64,000 nucleotides of DNA from the human T2T-CHM13v2.0 reference genome, Homo sapiens, in NCBI RefSeq assembly GCF_009914755.1, contig NC_060941.1. The stretch is one strand, 5' to 3'. Positions 1-17,752 of this stretch are shown here, piece after piece. The notes below the pieces were generated by a model. That model was not told the DNA's origin, did not search any database, and saw only the letters and a list, made by a program, of their open reading frames with translations. Within the stretch, counting starts at the first letter, position 1, and every line of letters begins with the position of its first letter. Both the position numbers and the translations under genes were made by a program.

Positions 1-86
1 AAAGTTGCAGTGAGCCAAGATCACGCCACTGCATTTCAGCCTGGGCGACAGAGAGAAACTCTGTCTCAAATAATAATAATAAAAAA
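1..86 (+). mobile_element. Alu 3' end (cut by window edge)
   Basis: gttgcagtgagccaagatc...ctgtctcaaa plus A-rich tail. Confidence 0.9.
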
Positions 87-109
87 GAACAAATTTGTTC
101 ACCTTCCTA

Positions 110-407
110 GCTTTCTGAAGATGAGAAGTCCAAGAGCATCGTAGTGGCATCTGACAAGCGTCATTCCATGGCAGAAGACAAGACAGCAGGCAAGCCTCCT
201 AGACAGAGAGAAAAAGGGGACTGAACTCAGCCTCTCAGGAAACCACTCTCACAATAACTAACCCACTCCGGAGATAACAGCATTAATCCACTCGGAGGAC
301 TGAGCTCTCATGGCCTAATCACCTCTTAAAGACCTCACATCCCAATGCCATTACATTGACAGTTAAGTTTCAACACGAGTTTCTGAGGGAACATTCAAAC
401 CATAGCA
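110..407 (-). mobile_element. MaLR LTR (MST-type) fragment
   Basis: ctaatcacctcttaaag...tttcaacacgagttt...ttcaaaccatagca terminus. Confidence 0.7.
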
Positions 408-1309
408 ACCCTTGTGCCATTTATTCAGCAGAGACAACAGTTGCAGGCTTCAGTTCTTTCCACCAAGAGGACCAAACAAATCTTCAGCCTTCTTGGTTCT
501 GCTTTTATAATGTTTTCTTCTGGTTCCTTTTTTGAAAATCTTATCCCTACAGTTGTTTATAAAATAAAAGAAATGGGAATAAGCAAAGGCATGTGTTGAT
601 GGTTGAAAAACTATAAACTCACCATGTCTAATATAGGCACATTTCATTATAATCCAATTAGAAAATCCAAACTCCGACCACCTAGTAAGACCGAGTTGAC
701 ACAGAAGCTATCATCTGGTTCCAAACTGAAGTCAAATCCAATAAAAGGAAATTCCAGGTATTAGAAATGTAAAGGGAACTAAAAGCCAGGTCTGTGAGCA
801 GGATCTGATACCAAGAGGCTAATGGGGACCAGTCAAAATGAATTTGGGCCTTAGGAGGAGAGGGGCTGCTGTTTAAATAGCCACTCAGGGACAGAAGACA
901 ATGTCTCAGGTCTACACAAGACAGGGAGTGGGAGCAGAGCCCCCTGCCAAAAGCTAGGATCCATGAATGGTCATTACGCCCATGGAACAGGATGAGGGGA
1001 GACCCCATTGATGGGCTCATGGGAGTATCAAGGCATCTCCACTCCCTGTAGTTATAAGGAGTTACCTTCCATGAGAACAAGCACCTAAGTTGCACTACAC
1101 AGGGGTGTGAGATCCAAAGTACAACTTCCCATCGTGTGGGAGTGTGGACAAGGACGTCAATATAAAACAGGTTGGCAAATGATGAGACTTGTAGGGCCAT
1201 GGAAGAGATGAACACACACCAAAACCACACCTCCAGTTCACCTTGTGTTTTTATACACCCCATGAGCTAATGATCATTTTCACATTATTAATGGTGGGAA
1301 TTTTTTTTT

Positions 1310-2120
1310 TAATTCATGACACATGAAAATTGTCTGAAACTAAAATTTCAGTGTACATAAATAAGTTTTACTGGAATACAGCTACACATGTTCATTTATG
1401 TATTATCTATAGCAGCTTTCATGCTACAACAGCAGAGTTTGTTACAGGACCAACGAGTTCATATGCCCATTGCACTGGAACAAACCAATACACCAAGACA
1501 ACAGGGTTTGCAGCAGAGAAAGAGTTTAATGATCACAGGGTAACCAAGCAAGGAGTTGGGAGGGACCCTCAAATCCATCTCCCTGAGAAGTTCTGGGCTG
1601 GGACTTTTAAGGGGATTGTAGAGGGCAAGTAACTGGAAAATTGGGATCATTGATTGGTCAAGGTAGGATGGATGAAATCATCATGATCTGGAAACAGCCT
1701 TCTTTGGTGAATCAGCTTCTCTTGGATTCCTCTAGACCAGCTGGCATCAGTAGTTTCACTGGTATACAAGACCTGGTAAAAATATCTCAAATGGAAAACT
1801 TAATGTCTCACAATGCTTAAGATGTTACCTATGGTACAATTAAGGGGGACTATAGTCTTACAACCGGGTCTGTGTGATTCTGGGGGAATAGGCAGCAAAT
1901 ATGAAGAAGCAGGACAGAGAGCAGGCTGACCTCATGATTAATGCCAAATGTGCTGCAAGCTTGGTTTATTTTCATTTCTCCCCTTCCCTTCTTCCCTGAT
2001 TAATTTTATAAAATTTATAGGAACAATTCCAAGTTGAGTAGTTGTGACAGAGACCGCAGAGCCCAAAAAACCTAAAATCTGTACTGGCTGGCCCTGGCAA
2101 AAGGAGTTTGCCATTCTCTG
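1310..2120. mobile_element. MER58-type hAT DNA transposon, split by an LTR insertion
   Basis: Left part ends ...gctacaacagcagagtt and the right part resumes agttgagtagttgtgacagagacc...gtttgccattctctg, as in the recalled MER58 consensus. Confidence 0.7.
1440..2031 (-). mobile_element. Solo ERV1 LTR (LTR26-like)
   Basis: TG...CA termini; 4-bp TSD AGTT (1436-1439 / 2032-2035); minus strand begins tggaattgttcctataaattttataaaattaatcaggg. Confidence 0.75.
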
Positions 2121-3099
2121 GCATTGACGATGGACCCCTCCCCACTTGCAACCAGCAATCGTTCCCACTGGCAATTGGAAGCAGAATCCTGAAAGCAGAG
2201 CACTCTTGGGCTAGTCTTCTTGAGGGTAACAGAAGCTACTTTAGGTGGTGTGAGGATTTACCAGGGCAGAGACAACCTAGAGAGTGATCTTAGGCCAGAT
2301 GGAGGGTCCAGGTAGAGTCTAGCTCAGCCCTGGTGAAGATACAGATGCTCCCGCCTGGCCCCATCTGCCTCATTTGGCAGCCCCACAAGTTGGCACTCTT
2401 CTGCTTTCCACTTAGTGCAGCCCCATAGGACCCCAGAAGAAGCAGGTAGCTTTCACCTGAGGACTTCCCCTGGCCCTCTAAGCAGCAGTTCCTACCTGCT
2501 CCTCCAGCCACACATGGGATTTCCTACAAGACAACTCCATTCCCTGCCCCTGCTTTAATCCTGCTGTGCCCCATCCCCTCAAAACACCTCCACCCTGACT
2601 CCACCGACACCTCAAACTCAGCCTGATGAACATCTAACCCTTCTCTCTCGCTGACCTCCCCAACAACTACTAGAACAACAGCAACGTGCTTCTCTTCCTT
2701 GACTCCCCGGACTGCCCCAGCCCAGAACATTCACCTCCTGCTCTTCAGGCTGTCACTAAAGCTGCTGCCCGTGGAACTGCACAGAGCTCAGGAAATTTCC
2801 TCCTCCATAGATAAGAGAAGTGAGCAAATTAAAAGATGATTCTTACTAGCTTTAAGGTTACTTCTGATATGATTAGAATAGTAGAGGATTATAAAAGGGA
2901 GAAGTTCATAAAGAAAGAGGGCAGCGATGTGCTATATTAATGTATATAGAAAAGATGCTCCTAAATTAATCAATTTATAAAGACAGAGTATATTTCTGCC
3001 AAGAATGGGAAAAGTCTTCTGTTTCTCAAGGACATAAGCTGGAGGAGGCTGCACCCTTCAGGAACCTTCTTAGCACTGTCTTAATTATTAAACACATAC

Positions 3100-3310
3100 T
3101 CATGCAATTCTAATCCTTTAAACAACCCTGTGAGGTAGAACTTCTATTATCCCCATGTTTCAGAGGAGGAAACTGAGGCACAGAGGGGCCAATCAACCTG
3201 CTGAAGGCCTTATGACCCATTAGTGGTGAGCCACTCTATGATGGCGTTCATATGAAGCTAGGATTGGAGGGCCCAGGTTGCCTGGCTCCAGGATCTGTGT
3301 CCTTATCTCC
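3100..3310 (-). mobile_element. MIR
   Basis: aacaaccctgtgaggtag...gaggaaactgaggcacagag core. Confidence 0.75.
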
Positions 3311-3509
3311 CACTACCCAGCTGCTTGTAGTAAATTAATGCAGAAACAAGGCACAAGAGGTCATGATGGTTGCTCTGAGAGAATTAAACAGAGTGATATG
3401 GCCAAGAACCACCCAGGACGGTCTGAGAAGCCTCTGAGAAGGTGACGTTCAGAATGAGACTGTGCTGGCATTCAGAAGAGTGCACCAGATGCAAAAGAAG
3501 AGGAGGCAA

Positions 3510-4047
<538 letters not shown>

Positions 4048-4089
4048 TCAGGAGCACCTAGTGATGCAGGAGGAAAACCAGGAGAGTCT

Positions 4090-4670
4090 GGGCTGTAGAC
4101 TGAATGCTTATGTCCCCCCAGTTTCATACATTGAAACCCTAATCCCCAAGGTGGCGGTATTTGGAGTTGGGGCCTTTGGGATATGATTAGGCCATAAGGG
4201 TGGGGCTCGCATGAATAAAATTAGTGCCCTTATAAGAAGAGACACAAGCCAGGTGCAGTGGTGCAAGCCTGTAGTCTCAGCTACTCAGGAGACTGAGCGG
4301 GGAGGATCACTAGAGGCCAGGCGTTTGAGGCTGCAGTGTGCTATGATAGTGCCTGTTAATAATCACCACACTTCAGCCTAGGCAGCATAGTGAAGCCTGT
4401 CTCTTAAATTTTTTTTTAATTAAAAAAAATCATAGAATCATAGAAGAGATACAGGAGAGCTTGCTTTCTCTCTCCCTTTCTCTGCCATGTGTAGATAAAG
4501 AAAGAAGGCAGCCATCTATAAGCCAGGAAGACAGCCCTTACCAGGAACTGATTCAGCCAGCATCTTGATCTTGAACTTCCAGCCACCAGAACTGGGAGAA
4601 ATGAATTTCTTTTGTGTGAGCCACCCAATCTGTGGTATCTTTGTTATAGCAGCCTGAGCTGACTGAGATA
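4090..4670 (+). mobile_element. MLT1A-type MaLR LTR, interrupted by an Alu monomer
   Basis: gactgaatgcttatgtcccccc...gttatagcagcctgagctgactgagata. Confidence 0.8.
4248..4405 (+). mobile_element. FAM-like fossil Alu monomer
   Basis: Monomer with gtgcctgttaataatcaccacacttcagcc; degenerate TSD agaagagacacaag / agaagagatacagg. Confidence 0.7.
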
Positions 4671-4903
4671 GTCTGAAAGCAAAGAAAGGAGAAAGAAGGG
4701 AGGAAGAAGTGCTCAGCCGAGTCAAGGGCTGCTGAGGTCAAGTAAGATGCAGAAAGAGAAGATGCATTTGGATTTGACTGACAGTAAGGTTGTTGGTTCC
4801 CTCGTCAAGGGCATGTCTGTAGAGTGGTGAGCAGAGAAGACAGGTGGGCTTGACTACAGAGTAAATGACAGATGAGGAAACAGAGTCAGAAAATGCAGAT
4901 GGT

Positions 4904-5237
4904 GGCCGGGCGCGGTGGCTCATGCCTGGAATCCCAGCACTTTGGGAGGCCAAGTCGGGTGGATCACTTGAGGTCAGGAGTTCGAGACCAACCTGGCCAA
5001 CATGGCGAAACCCCGTCTCTACTAAAAATACAAAAATTCCCTGGGCGGTAGTGGCGTGTGCCTGTAATCTCAACTACTCAGGAGACTGAGGAGGAGAATC
5101 ACGCGAGCCTGGGAGGTGGAGGTTTGCAGTGAGCCAAGATCACGCCACTTTACTCCAGTCCAGGTTAGAGAGCGAAACCGTGTATTAGAAAAAAAAAAAG
5201 AAAGAAAGAAAAAAAAAAGAAAAGAAGAAAAAAGAAA
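4904..5237 (+). mobile_element. Alu (AluS)
   Basis: Full dimer with GA-interrupted tail. Confidence 0.95.
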
Positions 5238-5499
5238 GTACAGACACTGTTTTATAAGAGGCTCTGAGAAGGAAAGTGGAGAGAGAGGAAACAACAGCTG
5301 GAGAGGGCTGGGGACAAAGGGGAGCGTTTGTTTAATCAAAGTCCTCCAGTATGCTGAGAGGTGAGTAGGCAGATCTTCTGGAAAACCTGTCCTGGTTGAT
5401 GGGCAGATATCTCCAGGACATCATTGTGTGCTCACAGAACTTGAAATCCAAGCACAAAGATGGAGTTAATTACAACAAACTAAAATTACTCGGGTGTGG

Positions 5500-5990
5500 A
5501 AAAAAAAGACAACAACACTGAAAAAACTGAAACAAAATTACCAAAAACATCAAGAGCTTACACAGATCAAAATGAAAAATATTCAAACTAAAAGAAAAAT
5601 TGGCAAACACCATCAACCTACAATTCTCAAAAGAAGAAATACAGATGGCTGACATTCAGAAGAAAAAGCACTTAATCTCACTGAAAATCAACCACATGGA
5701 TATACTAAAACAACAAAATTATAAATTTTTCCAGATTAGCCAAGAGGTTTTCTAAGGTAATGCTCAGTAAAGGCAGGCAACAGAGTGGTGGAATCCGTAT
5801 GCTGTCTATAGGTGATGTAGTGCTCTAATTCTGCAAAGCAATTTAGCAGTAAGTGACAAGAACTCTAAAAATGGGCTTTCTCTTCGCCCAGTAATTCCAC
5901 TTTTCATATTCTATTCTAAGAAAAAAAAAATGAAAATGTGAACACATAGTAGTAAAAAATTTAAGAGACCGTAATTATCCAACAAAAAGA
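5500..5990 (+). mobile_element. Ancient L1 (L1ME-type) 3' ORF2 fragment
   Basis: aattggcaaac...caattctcaaaagaagaaatacagatggctg. Confidence 0.6.
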
Positions 5991-5999
5991 AACTATCTA

Positions 6000-6347
<348 letters not shown>

Positions 6348-7281
6348 AACCCTCTTGAGAGACAATCAAGATAAAGTTCTACAAACTGAAATTACCAGAT
6401 GAAAAGTTGCATTTTGAAAAATGAGAGAAATAGGTGGGATTTGACTAAAACATTAGAGATGAAGAATAATGTGAGTGAAATCTTTGAGAATGCGATGACC
6501 AAGGAGAGAATTTTCCCAGGTCCAGCGTAGCGCTTGAAAAAACACAAGCAAGCTTTAAGAAGCAACTGCCAGAAAAACAGAAACTGAGAGAGATTCTGAA
6601 ATCCAGGCACTCGTGTGGGGAGATTGCAGAAGTTGGTGGTATGGCTGAAAGAAAATGAGGAAGCTTTGAAATGTGATTCAGTGGCTTCCTGCTGTAAAAT
6701 CTTCACTGTCTCCTCTTAGCTGTGATCAAATCCAGACCCCAGCATGATTCACACAGCCCTGCAGGACCCAGCCTCCTTCCATCCTCCCGGCTCACACTTT
6801 TGCTCCAGCCATTCCAAAGCACAGTATTTCTAATTTCCCAAATAGCAGCTGCTCCCTCGAGCCAGCACGCCTGCATATATGGTGTTTGTCAAAGCCCTTC
6901 CAGCCTCCCACCTGCCTTCCTTGATACCTGGAGCCCCTACACATCCTTCAAAATGCCGATAAAGCTTCCCTGCAAAGCCAGCTCTGGCAGAGTCGAGCTG
7001 CTGCCTCTGTGCGGCACAGTACCTGGGTTGCATCATTCTGTCTTACGCCCCTCTCCCAGCATTCTTTTCCGGGTGAATCTGCCTTCACTGTTGCTTTGTG
7101 TAGGGCACCACAGGTGCGGTGGGTTGAGTTAATGTGCCCAAGCAAAGTCCTGTCTCATATCATTTCTCTGTTTAGTCCTTTCTATCTCATTTCCCATTTC
7201 CAATCCCCGGCATCCGTACACTTGTGTGATTGTCAGGTATACATGCTGGCTTCGTAGGAGTGTGTTTAAGTTTACATAACT

Positions 7282-7901
<620 letters not shown>

Positions 7902-8627
7902 TCAGCACTGGGTTTTTAAGCCCCATCCACGTTACCATGGGGCCGTAGAGTTTGTTGACTAGAACTGGAGCTTGTATACTACAGGAGGTGCCGGGTTTAC
8001 TTGTCGGCCCCTCCCCCATGTTGCACACCTGGGCTGCCCCCAGCTCCCTGCTCCCCAGACAGCACAGCACTGAGCATGCTCTAGCCTGGCCTCTGAGGGC
8101 CTGCATGAGAGTTTTTCTGGGCTCTGCCTGCCTCAGCAGGATTGCTGAGTCCCAAGGTAAACACACACTTAGCCTGACAGATTTCTCTCCAAAAAGGCCA
8201 CGCTTGGCTTGTGAGCGTTCTTTCGTGACCAGAGCCTACAATCACAACCTGTTTCATGAAGCAGAGCAGGCTTTTCGCAAACTGCTCCCGAAGTGCAGTC
8301 TCCCTTTGATCCTGGCATGAGTGTGTTGGGTCAGGTGAAAATGCAGTAAGTCCTCGGGCCTTCCTGAGAGTCCCCAGTCTAAACCCTTGAGTCCAGATTA
8401 AGGCCAAGCCAGGATCCTCGGTTTGACTCAACAGCAAGAGCTGGAGCCATCTTCCCCACATTCCACTGCGTGGCCAGCAATGACTTCTTGCTGTCAACAC
8501 AACACTGACGGTTGTGGGGGAGAAGGGGCCCTGAGGACTCCCAGCCACCCCCAATTCAGACTCCAGGCTTCTTCCTGCAATAGCTCCTTTTGAGGACCAG
8601 CTGCGCTCTTCACTTAAAGTATTTTGC

Positions 8628-8988
<361 letters not shown>

Positions 8989-9386
8989 TCAGTAGCTTAA
9001 CACAATAAAGGTGTATTTCTCAGTCAGATCATAGACAAAGGAAAGTCAGGCAGATCTCTAGGTGGCAACTGGAGGACCTGGGCCCTTCCATCAGCGTCAT
9101 CACCTTCATGCTGGTTTCTATGGTCACCATGGAGCATGTAAGAAATTGCACAGGTGTCTAAGGCCAGGCCCAGAGTTGGGTACCAGACTTCCACCACATC
9201 CAGGGGAACCAGACACTGAGGCTGTCTGGTGGGACGTCACAGAAACAATGTGAGCCCTTGTATGCCTGGCCCTTAAAACCATCCCATGCACTTAACGTTT
9301 CCACGAAGATGAAGTAGACAGACTTTTCCCTATCCCTCCCACCAAGTAGAACTAAGCCCTGATCTTGGGTATAAAACAAGCATGAG

Positions 9387-9783
<397 letters not shown>

Positions 9784-10183
9784 TTATGTATCCCAGACTT
9801 GGAGACAGCCCTGATGGAGAGGCCACCAATGCAGAAACAATAACAGGCACAGAAAAACAACAACAAAAGCTGTCCCTCTCTCTCTAGAAAAAAAAAAAAA
9901 AAACAGGGAACGAGCAACCCAGCAATAGAGAAGAACTTAGACAATGACTCCTCTACCCTACAGAACACCCCAGAAAAAATGATGGCCCCACCGCCCAGGC
10001 CAGCAAAGGCAGAGTGGGAGCTTAGACATCCACCTCCACCCAGCTGTAACCAGGCACCCAATCCCCCTGCCAGGTGCTGTCAGGGAAGGCTGGGTAGGGA
10101 ACCTGGACTTCCACCCCCACTCAGCAGTGAGAAGCCCAACTCCCTCCCGCGGGGGTGGCCTCAACCAGGCCACATGGGGAGTA

Positions 10184-10966
10184 GTGAGAAAGAAAAGGGA
10201 CTTTTTATCTGAGGAATGCGAGCCCTTTTAAATGGGCAGACTCAGAGAGGCATTCAGATGTGACAGCAGTCACGTCTCACTCCCCACTTGAGCGAAATAA
10301 TTGTCTCTGGAAGCCACCTGCGATGCAGGCCCTAGACGAACGGACACCACATAGCCATGAACACCGTAAACACCACGCACTGGACGCCATAACTCACACC
10401 TGAGCTCAACAATGCACTGCCAGTCACCGACCGATGTGATTTCTGTGAACTAGTAAGAATTCACATCAGACAACTCCAGACTGTCAGCCCCTCCTTGCTT
10501 CCTTTTGCCTTTCAAAACTTGCTTGTAGGCCAGGAGCGGTGGCTTATGCCTGGAATCCCAGCACTTTGGGAGGCTGAGGTGGGTAATAATTTGAGGGCAG
10601 GAATTCAATACCAGCCTGCCCATCATGGTGAAACCCTGTCTCTACCAAAAATACAATAATTAGCTGGGCGTGGTGGTGCACACCTGTAATCCCAGCTACT
10701 CAGGAGACTGAAGCAGGAGAATCACTTGAATCTGGGAGGCAGAGGTTGCGGTGAGCCGAGTCCACACCACTGTACTCCAGCCTGGGCGATAGAGCAAGAT
10801 TCTGTCTCCAAAAAAAAAAAAAAAAACCTGCTTGTAACAAAAGCCAAGCAGACCACTCCCAAAGGCAACTTGGAAGTGCGTCTCCGACAGCTGTCCTCAC
10901 TTCAACTGAAATTAACTCTTTAAAATTGTATTTTGTGCCTCAGCTTCTTCCTGTAGGTCTTTTGAC
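10184..10966 (+). mobile_element. ERV LTR (LTR47-like), interrupted by an Alu
   Basis: tttatctgaggaatgcgagccctttta...ttttgtgcctcagcttcttcc. Confidence 0.65.
10528..10826 (+). mobile_element. Alu inside LTR
   Basis: TSD aaaac(t/c)tgcttgta. Confidence 0.95.
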
Positions 10967-11170
10967 CCCTCTTGGCTAGGGGCACATCAATGGAGGCCCA
11001 GTAGAAGCCGGAATTCACATCCTCACCCACTGGGGTCCATGAAGCCCCACTTGCAAGCCCGTCTCAACACTGGGCTACGCCACCCTTCTGTATATTCCCA
11101 TGGTCCCCTCTACATTTCCACCAGGAAACCAGGTTATTGTACTCACCAATATCCTTGTCTGGATATTGGT

Positions 11171-11456
11171 GGCTGGGTGCAGTGGCTTACTCCTGTAATC
11201 CCAGCACTTTGGGAGGCCAAGGCAGGCAGATCACTTGAGGTCAGGAATTTGAGACCAGCCTGGCCAACATGGCAAAACCCCGTCTGTACTAAAAAAAAAA
11301 AAAAAAATACAAAAATTAGCCAGGTGTGGTGGTATGCGCCTGTAATCCCAGCTACTCACGAGGCTGAGGCAGAGGTTGCAGCGAGGTGAGATCCCGCCAC
11401 TGCACTCCAGCCTGGTCGACAGAGTGAGACTTTGTCTAAAAGAAAATAAAATAAAA
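11171..11456 (+). mobile_element. Alu with right-arm deletion
   Basis: gctgaggcagaggttgca: the segment between two gaggcag motifs is lost. Confidence 0.9.
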
Positions 11457-11633
11457 TCCGTGTATATGTGGCTGCGTTTCTTACACAACACCTCACATTA
11501 TTCAAAGAAATCTGAGACACCCACCCTCACCCCCGCTGCCTCGCTCTCAGGAAATAAGCACAGGAAAACTAAATCACTGCATGCCATCAATGGGGGAGTG
11601 TGTGAGTGACAGCAGATGTGGTGCTTCCAATGA

Positions 11634-12109
<476 letters not shown>

Positions 12110-12628
12110 TAGGTCACCTCAAGTGTCCTGTGAGAGACCACAGTCTGTGCCGAGAGAGAGGAAGTACCCGTACAGGCCCCAGCATAACGTCCCTCGATTA
12201 GGAATTCCTTCTGACTTGCTTTTGTTGGACAGCCCTTCCTCCACAATTAGATGAGAGAAACTTGCCTCCTTGTGAGATGAGACCAACGTTATCATTAGAC
12301 CTCCCCATGGGTGGAAGTTGCATTTGAGTCCTATGATTCCCTACACCAGAAAAAAAAATGATTAATATAAAAAAAAGGAGAAAGGTCAGAATGCTCCTTT
12401 CCCCTGCTGGATCAAGGCTCTGAGACAGGCTGAAGGCAGAAATCCTCTGTCATTCCTGTCCCCTTCTCAGCTACCAGGGGAGCGTGACCCGTTCTGGGGC
12501 TCCAGACACTGTTATCACAGAAGATTTGCTCTTTCTGGCAGGAAGCAAAAACGATGAGACTAGTGTTGTCCAAACTGAGGGTTGCAACCTGGTTGTGGGT
12601 CTTAAGCAGATTTTTTTCTTACAAGTAG

Positions 12629-13417
<789 letters not shown>

Positions 13418-13561
13418 GGTATGTCAGGATCAATCAGAGCACATCTCAGGTTATAATGATAAACACTGAGATTTTATTTTTTTTTTCTGTATGCGTATAC
13501 AAGTATTGCCAAGTAACTAACTTTCTCACTGTGAGTCATGGTCAAAAAATACTAAAAGTCA

Positions 13562-13858
<297 letters not shown>

Positions 13859-14011
13859 TTCATGACATCAATTATGTGTGAGCATTTTACTTCAATCCAG
13901 AATAAAGAACAAGGGAACTCTCCCACCACCCTCTGTCTCTTGGTGCCCAGAAACTCCATCGAGCACGTTCTGGTCCAGAAAAAAAGAGGGGGCCCTGCAG
14001 TGGCCAACCCT

Positions 14012-14379
14012 ATGTCTTGCTCCATTCAGCCTGCTGTAACTGAAATACTACAAAGTGGGCAGCTTAAGCAGTCATTTATTTCTTACAGTTATAGATGCTG
14101 GACATCCAAGATCAGGGTGTCAGCCTGGTCAGGCTCTGGCGAAGGCCTCTTCTGGGTTGCAGATGACTGCCTTCTCTTTCCATCTTCACATGGCAGAGAG
14201 GGAGGTCTACAAAGCTCTCTGGAGTCTCTTTTATGAGGGCACTCATCCCATTTATGAGGGCTCCAGTTTCAAGACCTAATCGCTTCCCAAACCCCCAATA
14301 CCATCAGCTTCATGGTCAGGATTTCAACATATGAATCTTTGGTGGGGGAAGAAGGGGGACACAAACTTTCAGTCCATCA
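14012..14379 (-). mobile_element. MLT1A-type MaLR LTR
   Basis: tccaagatcagggtgtcagc...atttcaacatatgaat...gacacaaactttcagtccat. Confidence 0.8.
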
Positions 14380-15198
14380 TCCCTGGAACAGGCAGATAAT
14401 GCCAGCATTTTCTTCATCAGTGTCATGGACTTGGCGTTATGCAAGAGCAGTGTCGATCAGGAACGGGAAACAAGAAGGTTTTTGTGGTTATGACCGAAAC
14501 CATCTGCTCACATCAGCCCATTTGTGGCTTTTATTTCTTTTTTTAATACTCAATTTGAGCAGAGAGCAGGCTGAGAAAGGAGTGCTGGCATCAGGAGCTG
14601 GCAGCGTTAGAAGCACCTATGCAGAGGGACAAAAGCCCCAAAGTGAGCGACTGCTGGGCTTCGAGCCCCAGTGCCCCCCACCTCACCACGCCCATGACTC
14701 CTGCATCTTCCTCCGAGACCCACCCTGCACAGCTGACTCACTTGCCTTCGTCTGTGCAAATAACTTCCCCATGGGTCTCCTTTTTCATTTGCTTCTCTCC
14801 CCTTTATTTCAGGCTACTAAGGGATGCAACGTTGACGGTGCTAAGCAGAGCCTAGAATAGGAGAGAGGGCTCTCCAGAAAAGACCTGGAACATTAGAGAT
14901 GAGCAATGCCACTGTTAGGAGCCCATGGGTCCCGCCCTAAGCCTCCGAGGCCTCTCCTTCACCTTCATATCCACACCAGTCAGGGCTGGTGAGCGAATTC
15001 TGGAGGATTCAAGGCGAGAGAGAGTCCCCTGTGTTCTTAACTTCGGGGAGCTGAGGTCACAGATACACTTGAGATTGTAACAAAAGCTATACACCCATGC
15101 CCTAGGAAAACACACACATACACTGAGTTTCGCATATCCTATTAAAAGAATCTCCAGAGTCTTTCTGTGTATTCCTAGCTAGGACCCCCCCCCACCCT

Positions 15199-15604
<406 letters not shown>

Positions 15605-15813
15605 TCAGACACAGTCTGTGCTCTTTGGGAAGGAGGGTGGGGGTTACAGGACACTCCCATGTGACAAAACAGCAATCATCCCATGTCCCCTGGGTGCATA
15701 AAAACATCTCTCTTTGCACACCAGCACACAGCCACATCTTCCTTGCTGGGGTTCTTTGTGACCACTGTGAAAAAGCATTTGCCAGGGCTGTCTTGATGGT
15801 ACACGGCGCTCCT

Positions 15814-15890
15814 CTCCTGACCTCAGGTGGTCCACCCACCTCAGCCTCCCAAAGCTCTGGGATTACAGGCGTGAGCCACCGCACCTGACC
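15814..15890 (-). mobile_element. Alu 5' fragment
   Basis: ctcctgacctcaggtg...gtgagccaccgcacctgacc. Confidence 0.85.
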
Positions 15891-17199
15891 CAGACCCTGC
15901 ATTCCTTTCCCCACTGGGCTTCTCTAATGTTCAGAACAACTCAAATCCATTTGTGCATTCTGCTGCCGCATATGGAGGCCCTGCTAAGTGTGAGTCCTAC
16001 TTTGTGTTTGCAGCTGCAGACCTCATGCTGAGCAAGACTTCGCCTGGCCCTGGAGGGGCTCCCCACTACACCCTGGGTTGCCTCTGTGCCCTCTGGACTA
16101 CCAGGCCTGGCTTGGTCGCTTTCCTTGGGCCTCTGTTTGTTATCAGCAGAGCCCACCCATCTGAGGCTGGAGCCTGAAACTCTAGTCATCCCTCTGATTC
16201 CCTCATCCTCTCCCCAGTGCACCCCAGCCCCACCCACCTCCCCTTCCCCAGCCACTAGGCCTGCTGTTCCTCATGCTCCCACCAGCCTCCCCCACCCCAC
16301 TCCCCGGACCCAGGATGTCCAGGAGGGGCAGATGTGTCACTGTGTCTCTTTGCTCTCTCTGCCTCATCTGCCAACATTTGGGGAGCTTCTGTCAGCTGGA
16401 CTGAAACTGGCTTTCATGTTTCTTACTACTCCCTTGCGTCTCTCTTTTCTACACCTCAGTTTTGTTGTTTTCCCATTGCATCAATGTTTATACGTAGAGC
16501 TGTTCAGAAAAAGCAGAAGCTGGAGACAGGAAAACTACTAATCACAACAGAAACTTTGTGGCTTTAATTCTCATAATAATTAGCATCACAGGGCACCCAC
16601 CCAGTTTCTCAAGAGCCTACAACTTCCAAAAAACAGACAAGTTAAGTCACATTTTTATGTATCATTGTGTCTTCAAATATACTAATCCAGCAGATTTATC
16701 TGACATCAAAACAGGCAGTTGGATGTTCAGAGGGCAAATCTTACCCAAAAATTGCTGACACAGCCCCTAACATGTTACATTATTATTAATTGGACAGTCA
16801 CTTAATGAGCGTCTACTAAGTAAAGGCGCTGTGTATACAAAGAAGAAGGAGAGATCATGATTCTGTCAGGATCCTGGGAGTGGGCCAATGGCAGGCTCAG
16901 TTGGTATAACAGAATAATCTAATGCAGGGGAAATTTACAAAGAGAAGGAAAGAGTTAAGTGAAATCAACAAGAGATGGAGAAAAAACAGGACTAGCAACA
17001 GCAGTAGGGCCACGACACCTCTAACACAGGGAGAGGTGTCAGAAATAACCAGAACCCACAGGAACTGTAGGACAGGACCATGCCACAGGGGCTATGACCT
17101 CAAAGTAGGAAAACGGACACTCCAGCCCAGCAGGGTGGCACCTGGGCAGGAGAAACTCTCACCTTCCTTTCTCCTGCTGGCACCACCCATTGCCATTCC

Positions 17200-17752
17200 T
17201 TGGAAAGAAAATAAATCTTGGGACCCCAAACTCACTAAGCCAAAGGAAAAAGTCAAGCAGGGAACTGGGTCATGCAAACCTACCTCCCATGTTGGTTCCT
17301 AAATGAGATGGTGACAAGGATGACAGGCTACCAACCTCCCTCACATTGTGGTCTTTAAAGCGTTTCTGTTAAATTTCCCCATGCCAATGTAAACTGATAG
17401 CTTATCTTCACAGGTGCGAGACACAGGACAGAACTCAAAGTCATTCCTCTGCCCACCTGAGACAAACGCATATCTGACTGTTTCCTCTGCCCTGTTGTTT
17501 ACGTTATCTTAGGTAAAAATGCAGATTCACTGAGCCAGACAAAGGCCTGAATGGCTATTTTCCCCACCTCCCCTCTCACAAGAAAATTGTGTATTTCTCA
17601 ATATCCCACCCTTTCCCTTTTAAATATTGAAGCCCCCAAAATCATCTTCAGAGAAAGGTATAGACCTGTCTCCCAGGCGCGTTTCCTTAACTTTGGCAAA
17701 TAAACTTCCTAAAATGATTGAGACTTGCCTCAGTCATTTTCCTCCATTGACA
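17200..17752 (+). mobile_element. ERV1 LTR (MER4D-like) inserted into an older MLT1-type LTR (about 16864-17785)
   Basis: aataaatcttgggaccccaaactcactaagcc...aactttggcaaataaacttcctaaaatgattgagac...tgaca. Confidence 0.75.

Noticed and set aside
682-1263. 193-aa minus-strand ORF
   Set aside because: No recognisable domain, codon pattern or splice structure; its length is compatible with chance.
9054-9069. CTCF-like tctctaggtggca
   Set aside because: It lacks the first conserved C and lies in a decayed repeat; not supportable without ChIP data.
14950-15010. Minus-strand 'DWCG', resembling the YWCG motif of a CD300 Ig-V exon
   Set aside because: The flanking residues lack the DxxxYWC pattern and the other Ig-V landmarks. 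I found no CD300 pseudo-exon by eye, though a tblastn with CD300 proteins would be needed to exclude very decayed remnants.
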